Assembly (NCBI GenBank): GCA_038209145.1
Contig: JBBQXZ010000001.1
Span: 524 to 64,523, forward strand
Direction: 5' to 3'
Source: Cytophagales bacterium
Lineage (GTDB): Bacteria; Bacteroidota; Bacteroidia; Cytophagales; Cyclobacteriaceae
DNA length: 64,000 nucleotides
Every line of letters begins with the position of its first letter. Positions within the stretch are counted from its first letter, which is position 1. The position numbers and the translations under genes were made by a program. Below are positions 29,120 through 39,533 of the stretch, one piece after another. The notes under the pieces were generated by a model that did no database searches, was not told the DNA's origin, and saw only the letters and a list, made by a program, of their open reading frames with translations.

Positions 29120-30790
29120 ATGAAGGCTGCATTAATTATTTGTTTCTATTTAATATCATCGGTCATTATTCTCAGACCTGCTTTAGCACAGGAAAACAGG
29201 GATAGGGGGGAAATACGGGACACGGAATTTATCATCCGCAAGGACAGGGTGCTTTCACTTCCCAAGCAGCCCCGCCTTTACGAGAGACCACCATCCTTGC
29301 CGGCTGTTAGCAGCCAGGGAAATTATGTGTATGAGGTGAAGAATTTCTTGCTTGATTTACAACCGGTTGAATTGAATATCCAACCCTTTGCCAAATCTTT
29401 CCCAAAGCAGGAGATAGAACAATACCGCAGTTTTGTTCGTGCCGGATTTGGCAACTACATGTCCCCGCTTGCCGAAGTCCATGTCAACAGCCTGAATAGT
29501 GACGAACATACTTACGGACTGAAAATAAAACATCAGGGATTCTATGAAGGTCCCGTAGACGGCCCCAATTCAGCAGAGGACCATACGGCTGTTAAAGTCA
29601 ACGGTTCCCTCTTTAAAGAAGATATAGAAATATTCGGGGATGTAAGCTACGACAGGGATCGGTATAATTTTTACGGATATGCTTCCAATCCCGTGTTGGA
29701 GGCTATTCCATTTGATTTAAACCAGGTTTTTAACACCCTAAAAGTTCAGGCAGGTTTACGCAAAATTAACCAACTTGACGTATTTTCTTATGATGGATCC
29801 ATCAATTTCCGGATTTTCAATGACAACTACCTGGCTAGGGAGAATGAGGCAAATATACAGGCAACTGTTGGGTTTAGGCCCAATGAAAATCTGTCGGGAG
29901 GGATCAAGTCACAGCTTTTCTTTACATCCCCCTCCGATGTGTTTTATACAGATATCAATAGGAATTATTTTAAGCTGCAGCCCTATGCCCTGTATGCCAA
30001 AGACGGATTGCGAGTGAAGGTAGGGGCTAATGTGGTACAGGAAAATGATGTAGTCCCAAATAAGACCAGTGACTTCAATATTTTTCCGCTTGCGAACCTG
30101 AGTTACCAAATAGACCCCACCATCGGCGTATATGCTGCCTATGAGGGGGACGTGATCCGGAATACGTATTATGGATTTGTGATGGAGAATCCCTTTTTGG
30201 GGCCTAGCTCCAAAATGAGGAATACCATACAGAATTATGAAATAGATGCTGGAATTACCGGAACTATCAACGGGGAAATCAATTATAAGGCAGGGGTAAA
30301 ATATGGTAATTTCACAAACATGCATTTCTATGGGAACAATGAAATGGACAGTACCCGGTTTCAGGTCATCTATGATAATGTGAGTCAGGTGTTAAATTAT
30401 CATATAAGTACTGACTGGAATTATGAAGGGTTGTATCAACTGGAGGCTAGCGCAAACTATTACCAGTACACACTCACGGATTTTTCCAGCCCATGGCACA
30501 GGCCCGAATGGGAAATCAAACTGCATAACAGGTTTCAACCTGACAAAAAGTGGCTCATTCATGTGAACGCAAATGTCATGGGGGGAATTCCCGTAGTCAA
30601 TTTGGCTTCGGATACCACCGATACGTTGTCGGCTCTTGTTGATTTGCAGGCCAAAATTGATTATAGCATCAGCGACAGACTCTCCGTTTTTGCCATAGGC
30701 AACAACCTTTTGAACCAGTCTTACCAACGGTTCTGGAATTATCCGGTTCGGGGAATTCAAGGTATTGGCGGTGTTAGTTTTAAGTTTTAG
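29120..30790 (+). CDS. Outer-membrane beta-barrel protein (TBDR-like barrel, no clear plug)
   Basis: Signal peptide (ALA-Q), amphipathic strands, terminal GNNLLNQSY...GGVSFKF. Confidence 0.75.
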   Translation: MKAALIICFYLISSVIILRPALAQENRDRGEIRDTEFIIRKDRVLSLPKQPRLYERPPSLPAVSSQGNYVYEVKNFLLDLQPVELNIQPFAKSFPKQEIEQYRSFVRAGFGNYMSPLAEVHVNSLNSDEHTYGLKIKHQGFYEGPVDGPNSAEDHTAVKVNGSLFKEDIEIFGDVSYDRDRYNFYGYASNPVLEAIPFDLNQVFNTLKVQAGLRKINQLDVFSYDGSINFRIFNDNYLARENEANIQATVGFRPNENLSGGIKSQLFFTSPSDVFYTDINRNYFKLQPYALYAKDGLRVKVGANVVQENDVVPNKTSDFNIFPLANLSYQIDPTIGVYAAYEGDVIRNTYYGFVMENPFLGPSSKMRNTIQNYEIDAGITGTINGEINYKAGVKYGNFTNMHFYGNNEMDSTRFQVIYDNVSQVLNYHISTDWNYEGLYQLEASANYYQYTLTDFSSPWHRPEWEIKLHNRFQPDKKWLIHVNANVMGGIPVVNLASDTTDTLSALVDLQAKIDYSISDRLSVFAIGNNLLNQSYQRFWNYPVRGIQGIGGVSFKF

Positions 30791-30894
30791 GTTTCACTCA
30801 TAAAAATGATATGGGAGTTTAAATTCTTCCTCTTATTGGGTAAGTGAAGGTTTTCCTGTAGTTTAGTATATTCATTCAGTTAAAGATTTTTGCT

Positions 30895-31551
30895 ATGTCC
30901 GAAAAAGATTCATCAAACAAAAATGATCCATCCAACGGGGATGAGGACTTTGGTTTGCCCAAAGTAAAATTCACTCCCATAGGCCCGGAGAAGAACGTGT
31001 CGGAGGAAAATTCCGCAAATCCAAAATTTAAGGCGGGGAGATCTTCCATAAAAGAAAGTAACGATTCAGATAAGGAGGACAAGAAAGGAAATGGATTTTT
31101 AATCATACTTTTGTTATTGATAGTGGGTATTGGCTTGGGAAGTTTATATTATTTTGGGTTCTTTGAAGGCAACAAAGTTCCAACCCAGGCAGATTTACCT
31201 ACTCCGATAGAAAATGAGATAACCAAACCGCCGGTTGTAGAAACTGACGATAATGTGAATGATATTCCTGAGACAAAAGTCATGGAAAATATATTGACCG
31301 AAATTGAAGGTAGAGTGGCCGCTCCGCGTTATTTCGTGGTAGTGGGCAGCTTCATCGACGATGACTTGGCAAAAGATTACAGTGCTAAATTGAATAAGTC
31401 CGGCAACCCTACGTTTTTAATTCATCCTTTTGGAGACATCGCCTACTACAGATTGGCAATAGCCCAATACGACAACGTGACGCGGGCCTTGGAAGTGATG
31501 GAAGATCAGCAAGGCAATTTTGAGGAAAATTTATGGGTTTTGAAATATTAA
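30895..31551 (+). CDS. Membrane-anchored SPOR-domain protein
   Basis: One TM helix (LIILLLLIVGIGLGSLYYF), linker, C-terminal YFVVVGSF..D.A...YRLAI. Confidence 0.82.
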   Translation: MSEKDSSNKNDPSNGDEDFGLPKVKFTPIGPEKNVSEENSANPKFKAGRSSIKESNDSDKEDKKGNGFLIILLLLIVGIGLGSLYYFGFFEGNKVPTQADLPTPIENEITKPPVVETDDNVNDIPETKVMENILTEIEGRVAAPRYFVVVGSFIDDDLAKDYSAKLNKSGNPTFLIHPFGDIAYYRLAIAQYDNVTRALEVMEDQQGNFEENLWVLKY

Positions 31552-31552
31552 T

Positions 31553-32248
31553 ATGACGCTATTACAAACTTTATCAACGGACAACCAACTGGCTGTCGAC
31601 ACATTGGCTACTATTCAGGAAACAGGTTCTGAAATCGGTTTGTTGGATTTATTAGTAAAAGGAGGATACATGATGATTCCGCTGTACCTCTTGTTTGTTT
31701 TGGCAATTTTTATCTTTGTGGAGCGGATGATGATTCTCAAGAAAGCATCCAAAACACCCAAAGGATTGATGGACCAGGTAAAAATGATGGTGCAGGGGGG
31801 GAATATTCAGCAAGCTAAGATGATCTGTCAGGGTGAAGAAACACCCGTAGCCCACATGCTTACCAAGGGACTTGAAAGAATAGGGAGCCCGCTTAAAAAC
31901 ATCGAAGTGGCGATCGAAAATGTGGGTAAAATTGAGATTTACAAGTTGGAAAAAAATCTTGGGCTTATGGCTACCGTTTCGGGAGCAGCTCCCATGATTG
32001 GTTTTTTGGGAACAGTGACCGGAATGATTCAGGCTTTCATCAGTGTGGCCCAGGAAGAAGGCATGGTTTCCCCAAAATTACTATCCACGGGAATTTACGA
32101 AGCCATGATCACTACGGCTACAGGTTTGGTGGTCGGGATTTTGGCGTATTTGGGATATAACTATTTGGTATCAAAAGTGTCCAAACTTGTCCACAACATG
32201 GAATATACCAGTATTGAGTTTATGGATCTGCTTCAAGAAAAAAAGTAA
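31553..32248 (+). CDS. MotA/TolQ/ExbB proton channel protein
   Basis: LATVSGAAPMIGFLGTVTGMI..F, GIYEAMITTATGL. Confidence 0.95.
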   Translation: MTLLQTLSTDNQLAVDTLATIQETGSEIGLLDLLVKGGYMMIPLYLLFVLAIFIFVERMMILKKASKTPKGLMDQVKMMVQGGNIQQAKMICQGEETPVAHMLTKGLERIGSPLKNIEVAIENVGKIEIYKLEKNLGLMATVSGAAPMIGFLGTVTGMIQAFISVAQEEGMVSPKLLSTGIYEAMITTATGLVVGILAYLGYNYLVSKVSKLVHNMEYTSIEFMDLLQEKK

Positions 32249-32249
32249 T

Positions 32250-32642
32250 ATGGGACTGCAGTCAAAAAATAAAATCGAAGCATCCTTCAGCATGTCCTCC
32301 ATGACGGATATTATCTTCCTGCTGCTGATATTTTTCATGTTGACATCCTCCTTCATTACACCATCCGGCTTACCTGTGAACCTCCCGTCTAGCGAAACTT
32401 CTGACATCATCATGCAGGAAGTAACGGTGAGTGTGACAAAAGACCTAAGGTTTTCTGTTAATGACAAAAGAGTTAATCGGGATGAAATTAAACTGGAGTT
32501 GGAATCGTTGTTGAAAGAAAAAAAGGGTCACGTGGTTCTCCACATTGACAAAGAAGTACCCGTGGAATATTTGGTGGAAATAGGTGGCATTGCTGCCACT
32601 TTGGAAGCCAATGTATCCATAGCAACTAAACCATTTAAATAA
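32250..32642 (+). CDS. ExbD/TolR family protein
   Basis: SSMTDIIFLLLIFFMLTS, VNLPSS, VLHIDKEVP. Confidence 0.93.
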   Translation: MGLQSKNKIEASFSMSSMTDIIFLLLIFFMLTSSFITPSGLPVNLPSSETSDIIMQEVTVSVTKDLRFSVNDKRVNRDEIKLELESLLKEKKGHVVLHIDKEVPVEYLVEIGGIAATLEANVSIATKPFK

Positions 32643-32645
32643 TCC

Positions 32646-33599
32646 ATGGAAGCTTGGGGTGTAGATAAGGAAGATTCGAATAGCCGAAAAAAAGCGATGA
32701 TTATAACGTTTATCCTAAACGTGTTGCTTTTGATCGGATTATATTTTGTTGTCGTTTGGCGACAGCAAATTCCACCTTTGTCCAAGTTTGGATTGGAATT
32801 GAATCTTGGATTTACCGATGCCGGAAGTGGCAATGTACAAACGACAGCTCCTCCTTCCGAAAACAGCAGTCAAGTCACCGAAGCCCCAGCTCCCGGTGAA
32901 CCTGCCCCCCAGGTAACAGAAGCCGCAGTTCCCAAGGCAGCACCTCAAACTTCCCAGGCCAATCCTACACCAACTGAATCAAAGAGATCCGTTGAGACCC
33001 AGTCTAGGGTACAAAGCCCCCTAAAAGGAGCTGAAAAGACTTCCGAGGCCCAAAAGGAAACGGCTAAACCCGTTGAAAATAAGCCATCACTAAGTAAACC
33101 CGCTGAAAGCGAAGCCCCAAAAACCGAAAAAAAGGCAGAAGAAAAACCACAAGTAGATCAACGGGCTATCTTCGGTGCCAGAGGTAGTACAGGCACGGGA
33201 AATCAACCAAGTTCCGGTAGCAGTCAGGGGAATTCCTCACGACCTGGAGACGAGGGTAAACCCCAAGGTACCGTAGACGGAAGATCAATCTTACAATCAG
33301 GTAAAGGAAATACGGGAGATGGTGGCGGATATAATTTGGATTTGGCCGGTTGGGATTTTTCATCCAGGCCAAGCATTCAAGACCGTGTTTCTTCCCGCAA
33401 CGGGCGCATCGTATTTAGAATTACCGTAGATGAGGATGGCCGGATCGTACAGGCAATCCCCCTCGAATATAACGTAACAAACGAAGTACTTACCTATTAT
33501 CGCACCGTGGTAAACTCCATGTCGTTTAAGCGGCAAAGTGGCAATCCAACAGCAGATTTTTCTACGGGCAGGATTACTTTTATAATCAAAGTTGATTAA
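32646..33599 (+). CDS. TonB/TolA-like energy transducer
   Basis: N-terminal TM, long Pro/Glu/Lys-rich then Gly-rich linker, C-terminal GRIVFRITVDEDGRIV...GRITFII. Confidence 0.8.
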   Translation: MEAWGVDKEDSNSRKKAMIITFILNVLLLIGLYFVVVWRQQIPPLSKFGLELNLGFTDAGSGNVQTTAPPSENSSQVTEAPAPGEPAPQVTEAAVPKAAPQTSQANPTPTESKRSVETQSRVQSPLKGAEKTSEAQKETAKPVENKPSLSKPAESEAPKTEKKAEEKPQVDQRAIFGARGSTGTGNQPSSGSSQGNSSRPGDEGKPQGTVDGRSILQSGKGNTGDGGGYNLDLAGWDFSSRPSIQDRVSSRNGRIVFRITVDEDGRIVQAIPLEYNVTNEVLTYYRTVVNSMSFKRQSGNPTADFSTGRITFIIKVD

Positions 33600-33607
33600 T
33601 TGACTTC

Positions 33608-34900
33608 ATGAATTATCAGGAAACGCTGGATTACCTGTATAAGTCCCTGCCTATGTTTCAGCGGGTAGGAGCCGCTGCCTTCAAGAAAGACCTGGGACCT
33701 ACAATCGCCTTGTGTAATTACTTGGGAAATCCAGAAAATAAATTTAAAAGTATCCACGTAGCCGGCACCAATGGCAAAGGAAGTACGTCGCATGCCTTAG
33801 CCGCCATTCTTCAGGATGCTGGTTACAAAGTGGGTTTGTATACATCACCCCATCTAAAATCATTTACCGAACGTATACGGATAAACGGAAAAGAAATACC
33901 CCAAGAAGCTGTAATTCAATTCGTAGCCAGACACAAGGGCTTTATGGAAGAAATTTCACCCAGCTTTTTTGAGATGACTGTGGTTATGGCTTTTGATTTT
34001 TTTGCCCATGAAAACGTGGATATCGCCGTTGTGGAAGTAGGAATGGGAGGTAGGTTGGACAGTACCAATGTAATCACCCCTTTGCTGAGTATCATTACCA
34101 ATATTGGATTGGATCACGTTCAGTTTTTGGGAACAACCCTTGAGGAAATAGCCGGGGAAAAGGCCGGCATAATCAAAGATGGTGTACCAGTGATTATCGG
34201 ACAAACCCAACAAGAAACCAGCTCGGTATTTAGTCGGATTTCAGGGGAAAGAAAGGCTCCCATTTCCTTTTCAGATCAAGTAATGACAGTTCTTACTGGA
34301 AGCAACCACACACCTCACCTTCAGGAATTCATTTTCAAAAACACGAAAGGTGAGGAGTTAACTATACAACTCGACTTACTTGGCGCCTACCAAATTAAAA
34401 ACCTTCCCGCTATCTTCCTGGCTTTTGAGCAACTCAATCAGCTTGGATTTGATCTTTCCTTAGAAAACCTTAAAAATGGACTTTCAAACATCACTACAAA
34501 AACAGGATTGAAGGGAAGATGGCAAATACTAACTGAGTCCCCTTTGACTATTTGTGATACAGGGCATAATAAAGAGGCATTTAACTTTATTGTGAACCAA
34601 CTAAATTCCATTTCCCATAGCCGATTATACATGATTTTGGGCATGGTTCAGGATAAAGATGTGGACGGTATATTGAAATTACTTCCCAAAGAAGCCACCT
34701 ATGCATTTTGCCAGAGTCAAATTCCGCGCGCCATGCCCGCGGAGAAGCTGGCCGCTCTTGCTGCTGTCTATGGACTTGAGGGAATTGTGGTGCCGGATGT
34801 AAATGATGCCATAAATTTTTTCCTAAAAAAAGCTGATCCTAATGACCTGCTGTTTGTAGGAGGAAGTACATTTGTGGTGGCAGAAATCAACGAATTGTAG
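33608..34900 (+). CDS. folC: Folylpolyglutamate synthase/dihydrofolate synthase
   Basis: IHVAGTNGKGST, YTSPHL..FTERIRING, EVGMGGRLDSTN, GRWQ, DTGHN. Confidence 0.96.
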   Translation: MNYQETLDYLYKSLPMFQRVGAAAFKKDLGPTIALCNYLGNPENKFKSIHVAGTNGKGSTSHALAAILQDAGYKVGLYTSPHLKSFTERIRINGKEIPQEAVIQFVARHKGFMEEISPSFFEMTVVMAFDFFAHENVDIAVVEVGMGGRLDSTNVITPLLSIITNIGLDHVQFLGTTLEEIAGEKAGIIKDGVPVIIGQTQQETSSVFSRISGERKAPISFSDQVMTVLTGSNHTPHLQEFIFKNTKGEELTIQLDLLGAYQIKNLPAIFLAFEQLNQLGFDLSLENLKNGLSNITTKTGLKGRWQILTESPLTICDTGHNKEAFNFIVNQLNSISHSRLYMILGMVQDKDVDGILKLLPKEATYAFCQSQIPRAMPAEKLAALAAVYGLEGIVVPDVNDAINFFLKKADPNDLLFVGGSTFVVAEINEL

Positions 34901-34901
34901 T

Positions 34902-35561
34902 ATGGGTCGTAATAAGCTGGAACGCTTTAAAGCAAACGAAGAAAATCGGAATGTCATTCAACCCGGAAAGGAAATTTATACTTCCATCAAAGGCACTTGG
35001 AAACAAGGATTTTTTCAAAATGATAGCCCCATTGTCGTAGAGCTTGCTTGTGGCCGTGGAGAATTTGCTGTAGGATTGGCCCGAGTCACCCCAGAAAAAA
35101 ATTTTATAGGTGTTGATATCAAGGGGTCCAGAATTTGGAAGGGAAGCACCATGGCCATGGAGGGAAATCTCCTCAATGTTGCCTTTCTCAGGGCTCAAAT
35201 TGAACAGTTGGATCAGTATTTTGAACCAAAGGAAATTGATGAACTTTGGATTACTTTTCCAGATCCAAGACCAAAAGACAGGGATGAAAAGAGAAGGCTG
35301 ACTTCTCCCAGGTTTCTGGAAATGTTCAAGGTATTGGTCAAAGCCAATGGCACCATACATTTCAAAACAGACAATACAGGACTATTTGAATATACCCTAG
35401 GGCTACTGAAAAGCAGGTCTGATATGGAGATAATCAAACATACATCGGATTTTTATACCTCTGGGTGGAAGGATGATCACCTTGGCATTAAGACGCGCTA
35501 TGAAAAAATATTTTCAGAAAAAGGGGAGAAAATCAAATATATTTCATTCCGGTTTATCTAA
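34902..35561 (+). CDS. trmB: tRNA (guanine-N7)-methyltransferase
   Basis: VELACGRGE, ITFPDPRPK, IHFKTD, TRYEK. Confidence 0.94.
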   Translation: MGRNKLERFKANEENRNVIQPGKEIYTSIKGTWKQGFFQNDSPIVVELACGRGEFAVGLARVTPEKNFIGVDIKGSRIWKGSTMAMEGNLLNVAFLRAQIEQLDQYFEPKEIDELWITFPDPRPKDRDEKRRLTSPRFLEMFKVLVKANGTIHFKTDNTGLFEYTLGLLKSRSDMEIIKHTSDFYTSGWKDDHLGIKTRYEKIFSEKGEKIKYISFRFI

Positions 35562-36187
35562 TCTTCCATTTCCAAATGCTCAAGCGTGTCGGCAAGTTCA
35601 TCGAAATCTTTAATCCCCGGTTTTATTTCTTTCCCACCTTTCATGGCAATCCCTTTTACTCTAGTTTCCCCCACGATCATTTCAACTGTGTCTGCATCAA
35701 ACCCGAAGCCCAGCAATACATCACAGGCTTGGGCTAGTTCACCGACTATATCCCAGTCTGGATTATTATATTCTTGGGGATTTGAAGTATCAATCAGCAA
35801 GATCACATCGGCTTCTTTCAAGCGCATGGCTAAAGGCAATAATTGATTCAATTGATCATTTGTATCTACCCGTTTGTTTAAGATCATTTTATACCCCGAT
35901 TGGGATAGTTTCTGGAGATACGATTCCTCTTCCACTTGGATATATTTTATTCCGGCATAAGCAGCAACTTGTTCTAAAATAGCACCTGGATGGGTGGTGG
36001 CAAATTCACCGACATAATCCAGTCCGGATAACCAATCTGTAATTTCTTTGTAGGCAGCTGGAGATAAAAAATTATCGTCGGTGGGTTCTAATGCAAATCC
36101 CATCAAGTCTACATACATCCCCGAGCAATACCGGGCATCGCTCAAATTGGTTACATTGCTTATCTTTACAAAAGTTTTTAATGCCAT
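35558..36187 (-). CDS. trpF: Phosphoribosylanthranilate isomerase-like protein
   Basis: FVKISNVTNLSDARYCSGMYVDLMGF; TrpF-like TIM barrel. The activity itself is not certain. Confidence 0.7.
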   Translation of the reverse strand: MALKTFVKISNVTNLSDARYCSGMYVDLMGFALEPTDDNFLSPAAYKEITDWLSGLDYVGEFATTHPGAILEQVAAYAGIKYIQVEEESYLQKLSQSGYKMILNKRVDTNDQLNQLLPLAMRLKEADVILLIDTSNPQEYNNPDWDIVGELAQACDVLLGFGFDADTVEMIVGETRVKGIAMKGGKEIKPGIKDFDELADTLEHLEMED

Positions 36188-36219
36188 TTCAAATAAATTG
36201 TGTAATTTTTGTCGAATTT

Positions 36220-36227
36220 CAAAGATA
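36220..36227 (-). promoter_or_regulatory. TAnnTTTG box upstream of the trpF-like gene
   Basis: Minus-strand TATCTTTG about 33 nt upstream of start 36187. Confidence 0.55.
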
Positions 36228-36312
36228 GGGGAATTGGAAAGATTTTAAGGTATCAATGAAGGATTTATGGAGGCAGGCCAGTAAAAGTCTCAAAACGTTC
36301 AAGGTTGAAAGT

Positions 36313-37032
36313 ATGAAGCGACAGGATAAAATAAAGCCTGGTGGGAGTATCCGGGTGATAGGTGTATTATTAGGATTTTTTTTATTGACGCTTTTTTCTT
36401 GTGAGGAAGAACGGGAACTGCCTGAAGAAGTCTCTTCTTCCTATCTTCCACTTAATCTGGGACAATATTGGACCTATGATGTAGTTGAAAGGGTATATTT
36501 TGGAGAAAACGACTTTGAAGACCTGGAATATTACTACCGAGACAAGATAAGCAGACAGTATGTCAATGAAGTTGACGAATTGGTTCAAGTAGTAACAAGG
36601 GAGCGTTCCATGAATCTTCGGGAATGGGAAAACGACCTGGCGTATACTTTGAACTTCAGTAGAAACCGAATTATCCGAACCATGAATAATAAACCGGTAA
36701 TCCCCCTTGTGTATCCCGTACAGGTTTTTCAACAATGGGATGCCAATGGGATGAATTCCAATGCAATTGAACTGTTTACCATTGAGGAAATAGGAGGGTA
36801 TGTAGTTGGAAACAGGACATTTGGATTTGCAGCATTGATCAGACAAGCAGAAGAGGACGATCTCATTACACGTAGGGATAACCGTTTTGAAGTGTACGCG
36901 GAGGGAATTGGGATGATTGAGTCTTACTACGAAGTATTTACCTATTGTTCACGAAGTGATTGTTTGGGAGAACAAATTATTCAAAGTGGGCGTTTTAAAC
37001 AAATGAAACTTATCGCCAATGGTATCTTATAA
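36313..37032 (+). CDS. Lipoprotein of unknown function
   Basis: Lipobox LFS-C followed by acidic EEERE; YLPLNLGQYWTY and EVYAEGIG motifs. Confidence 0.75.
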   Translation: MKRQDKIKPGGSIRVIGVLLGFFLLTLFSCEEERELPEEVSSSYLPLNLGQYWTYDVVERVYFGENDFEDLEYYYRDKISRQYVNEVDELVQVVTRERSMNLREWENDLAYTLNFSRNRIIRTMNNKPVIPLVYPVQVFQQWDANGMNSNAIELFTIEEIGGYVVGNRTFGFAALIRQAEEDDLITRRDNRFEVYAEGIGMIESYYEVFTYCSRSDCLGEQIIQSGRFKQMKLIANGIL

Positions 37033-38656
37033 AACTCCTTTACTTGTTTTTTTATGCTGCATGCTCTTTGGGGAGGTTATGTCCCAGGACAGGTATGCCG
37101 TTCATTACCGGTATAAACCTACAGAAACATTTAGTCTGGATAGGCCACTTGAATTCCTCACTGAAGATGCCGTTCAACGAAGGGTACGGGAAGGTGTTTC
37201 CTTAGACAGTACAGATCTGCCCGTTTCCAATCCATATATCTCAAAGATTATACCCCATGTAAAACAGATCCTGTATCACAGCAATTGGCTAAATGCCTCG
37301 CTGGTAAGGGTTGAAAACAACAAAATAGACTCTTTGAAAGCGTTGCCCTTTGTGGAAAAAGTGCTTTTGGTCGGTAGGGGAAATGGCCCAAGGATTGAAA
37401 ACAGCCGTAAAAGCTATAACGAGCCATTGAAAATTAAAGGGACAAACAAGCGGCAGCAAACGTTTGAGTTTCAAAACGACATTTTGGGAATTCCCCACAT
37501 GCACGAGGACGGGTATACTGGAAAAGGGGTAAAAATAGCTGTTTTTGATGCCGGGTTTGTGAATACGGATAAAATTTCAGGCATGGGGCATCTTTTCGAT
37601 CGGAATCAAATTTTGGCGACACGAGATTTTGTTTTTCCGGGATCTGCAGATGTATATAGGACTGATTCGCATGGTACGGGAGCCCTTTCCCTGATAGCTG
37701 CTTACGATCCGGAACGGATGATTGCAGGGGCTTTCGACGCCTCTTATATTTTATGTATAACCGAAGACGTGGATTCGGAATTTTGGATCGAAGAATACAA
37801 TTGGGTGAAGGCAGCGGAATATTCCGACAGCTTGGGGGTAGATATCATCAACAGTTCCCTGGGATATAACATATTCGATGACGTGGACATGAACTATACC
37901 AAGGAGGACATGGATGGTGCGACCGCAATTATTAGCAGAGGTGCATCGATGGCTGCGCTGAAGGGCATACTTGTTGTCACCAGTAACGGAAACGAAGGCA
38001 ACTTATCTTGGCGTACCATTACTGCTCCGGCAGATGCCGCCGATATTCTGGCGGTTGGAGCCATTTCGAATAGCCTTGAGAAAGCTGGTTTTAGTTCGGT
38101 GGGTCCCACAGCCGATGGCAGGATAAAACCCGAATTAGTTGCCTATGGAACTGGGGTAACACTCTGGAGGTACACCGCTGGTCCGTCATTTTCCAGTGGA
38201 ACATCCTTTTCTGCCCCTCAGATTGCTGCCTTGGCAGCCGGACTTTGGGAAGCCCATCCCGAATGGACTAGAGCCCAAATAAAGGAAAAACTTATACAAA
38301 GCGGACACCAGTTTTCCAGTCCCGATATGAATTTGGGCTATGGGATCCCCAATTATTCACGGGTCATGTATGGGGTGGTAAACGAGTTGGAAGAAGCTGA
38401 GCTGGCCTATCAACCAACTAAAATATATCCCAACCCTTTGGATGGAAATACCTTATTTGTAGAATACGCCAATTCGAATTCCTGCAAGTTGACCATTTTT
38501 ACCCCTTCCGGACAGATGATCAACCATTGGCAGTTGGCTAGAAACTCCGGGGAAAACCCCTATGAGGTATCTTTGGAAGCCATTTCTCCGGGATTATATA
38601 TCCTTGAATTGCAAGATGGAAAAGAGGGGGAGTTGGTCAAGTTTTGGAGGAAATAA
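37019..38656 (+). CDS. S8 (subtilisin-like) serine peptidase with T9SS C-terminal sorting domain
   Basis: AVFDAG (Asp), HGTGAL (His), GTSFSAP (Ser); C-terminal KIYPNP...GLYILEL. Confidence 0.92.
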   Translation: MVSYKTPLLVFLCCMLFGEVMSQDRYAVHYRYKPTETFSLDRPLEFLTEDAVQRRVREGVSLDSTDLPVSNPYISKIIPHVKQILYHSNWLNASLVRVENNKIDSLKALPFVEKVLLVGRGNGPRIENSRKSYNEPLKIKGTNKRQQTFEFQNDILGIPHMHEDGYTGKGVKIAVFDAGFVNTDKISGMGHLFDRNQILATRDFVFPGSADVYRTDSHGTGALSLIAAYDPERMIAGAFDASYILCITEDVDSEFWIEEYNWVKAAEYSDSLGVDIINSSLGYNIFDDVDMNYTKEDMDGATAIISRGASMAALKGILVVTSNGNEGNLSWRTITAPADAADILAVGAISNSLEKAGFSSVGPTADGRIKPELVAYGTGVTLWRYTAGPSFSSGTSFSAPQIAALAAGLWEAHPEWTRAQIKEKLIQSGHQFSSPDMNLGYGIPNYSRVMYGVVNELEEAELAYQPTKIYPNPLDGNTLFVEYANSNSCKLTIFTPSGQMINHWQLARNSGENPYEVSLEAISPGLYILELQDGKEGELVKFWRK

Positions 38657-38761
38657 GGATTTGACAGCAAAATTTCGTTTTTTTGACTGAAATTAAGCAA
38701 ACGAAATGCTTCCTAACCAAGTGTTTTTTTACATGTTGGTTTTACTTAACTACGCTAATCC

Positions 38762-39415
38762 ATGAATCCCTTAATAGCTCCATCTATCCTGGCCGGAGAT
38801 TTTGGCAATTTGCAACGTGAAATAGAGATGCTGAATAAATCAGATGCAGATTACATCCATGTGGATGTGATGGATGGTGTCTTTGTTCCGAATATTTCCT
38901 TTGGCATGCCTGTTATGGAAGCCATACACCGGCATGCGTCCAAACCTTTGGATGTTCACCTGATGATCGTACAGCCGGAACGGTATTTGGCTGCATTTCA
39001 ATCCTTGGGAGCCGCAAACATCACCGTTCATCTGGAGGCTTGTACCCATTTGCACCGCATCATTCAGGAAATAAAAGCCCTTGGATGTACAGCAGGAGTT
39101 GCGCTGAATCCCCACACTTCCATCCAACTGCTCAAGGATATAATCAGAGATGTGGATTTGGTTTGCATCATGTCTGTAAATCCTGGTTTTGGAGGGCAAA
39201 AATTCATCGAACATACTTTTTTGCGTGTAAAGGAGCTAAAGTCCCTAATAATAGAAACTGGTTCAACGGCCAAAATTGAAATCGACGGTGGAGTTAGCTT
39301 ACAAAATGCTGCTCAGTTGCTTGCGTGTGGTGCTGATATTTTGGTTGCGGGAAATTTTGTATTTAATTCGAAAAATCCTACACAAACCATTAATAAGCTA
39401 AAGTATATTGTTTAA
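38762..39415 (+). CDS. rpe: Ribulose-phosphate 3-epimerase
   Basis: IAPSILAGD, HVDVMDGVFVPN, DVHLM, MSVNPGFGGQ, IEIDGG. Confidence 0.97.
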   Translation: MNPLIAPSILAGDFGNLQREIEMLNKSDADYIHVDVMDGVFVPNISFGMPVMEAIHRHASKPLDVHLMIVQPERYLAAFQSLGAANITVHLEACTHLHRIIQEIKALGCTAGVALNPHTSIQLLKDIIRDVDLVCIMSVNPGFGGQKFIEHTFLRVKELKSLIIETGSTAKIEIDGGVSLQNAAQLLACGADILVAGNFVFNSKNPTQTINKLKYIV

Positions 39416-39533
39416 ATTCAAAATATATGGGCTTGAAATAATTTTGGCTTATTTTTTGTAGTATAATTTGTGAAATTTAAGTATATCTACGAACTTGTAA
39501 CCGAGTATTTATAAAATCTTAAAAAGAAAAATT

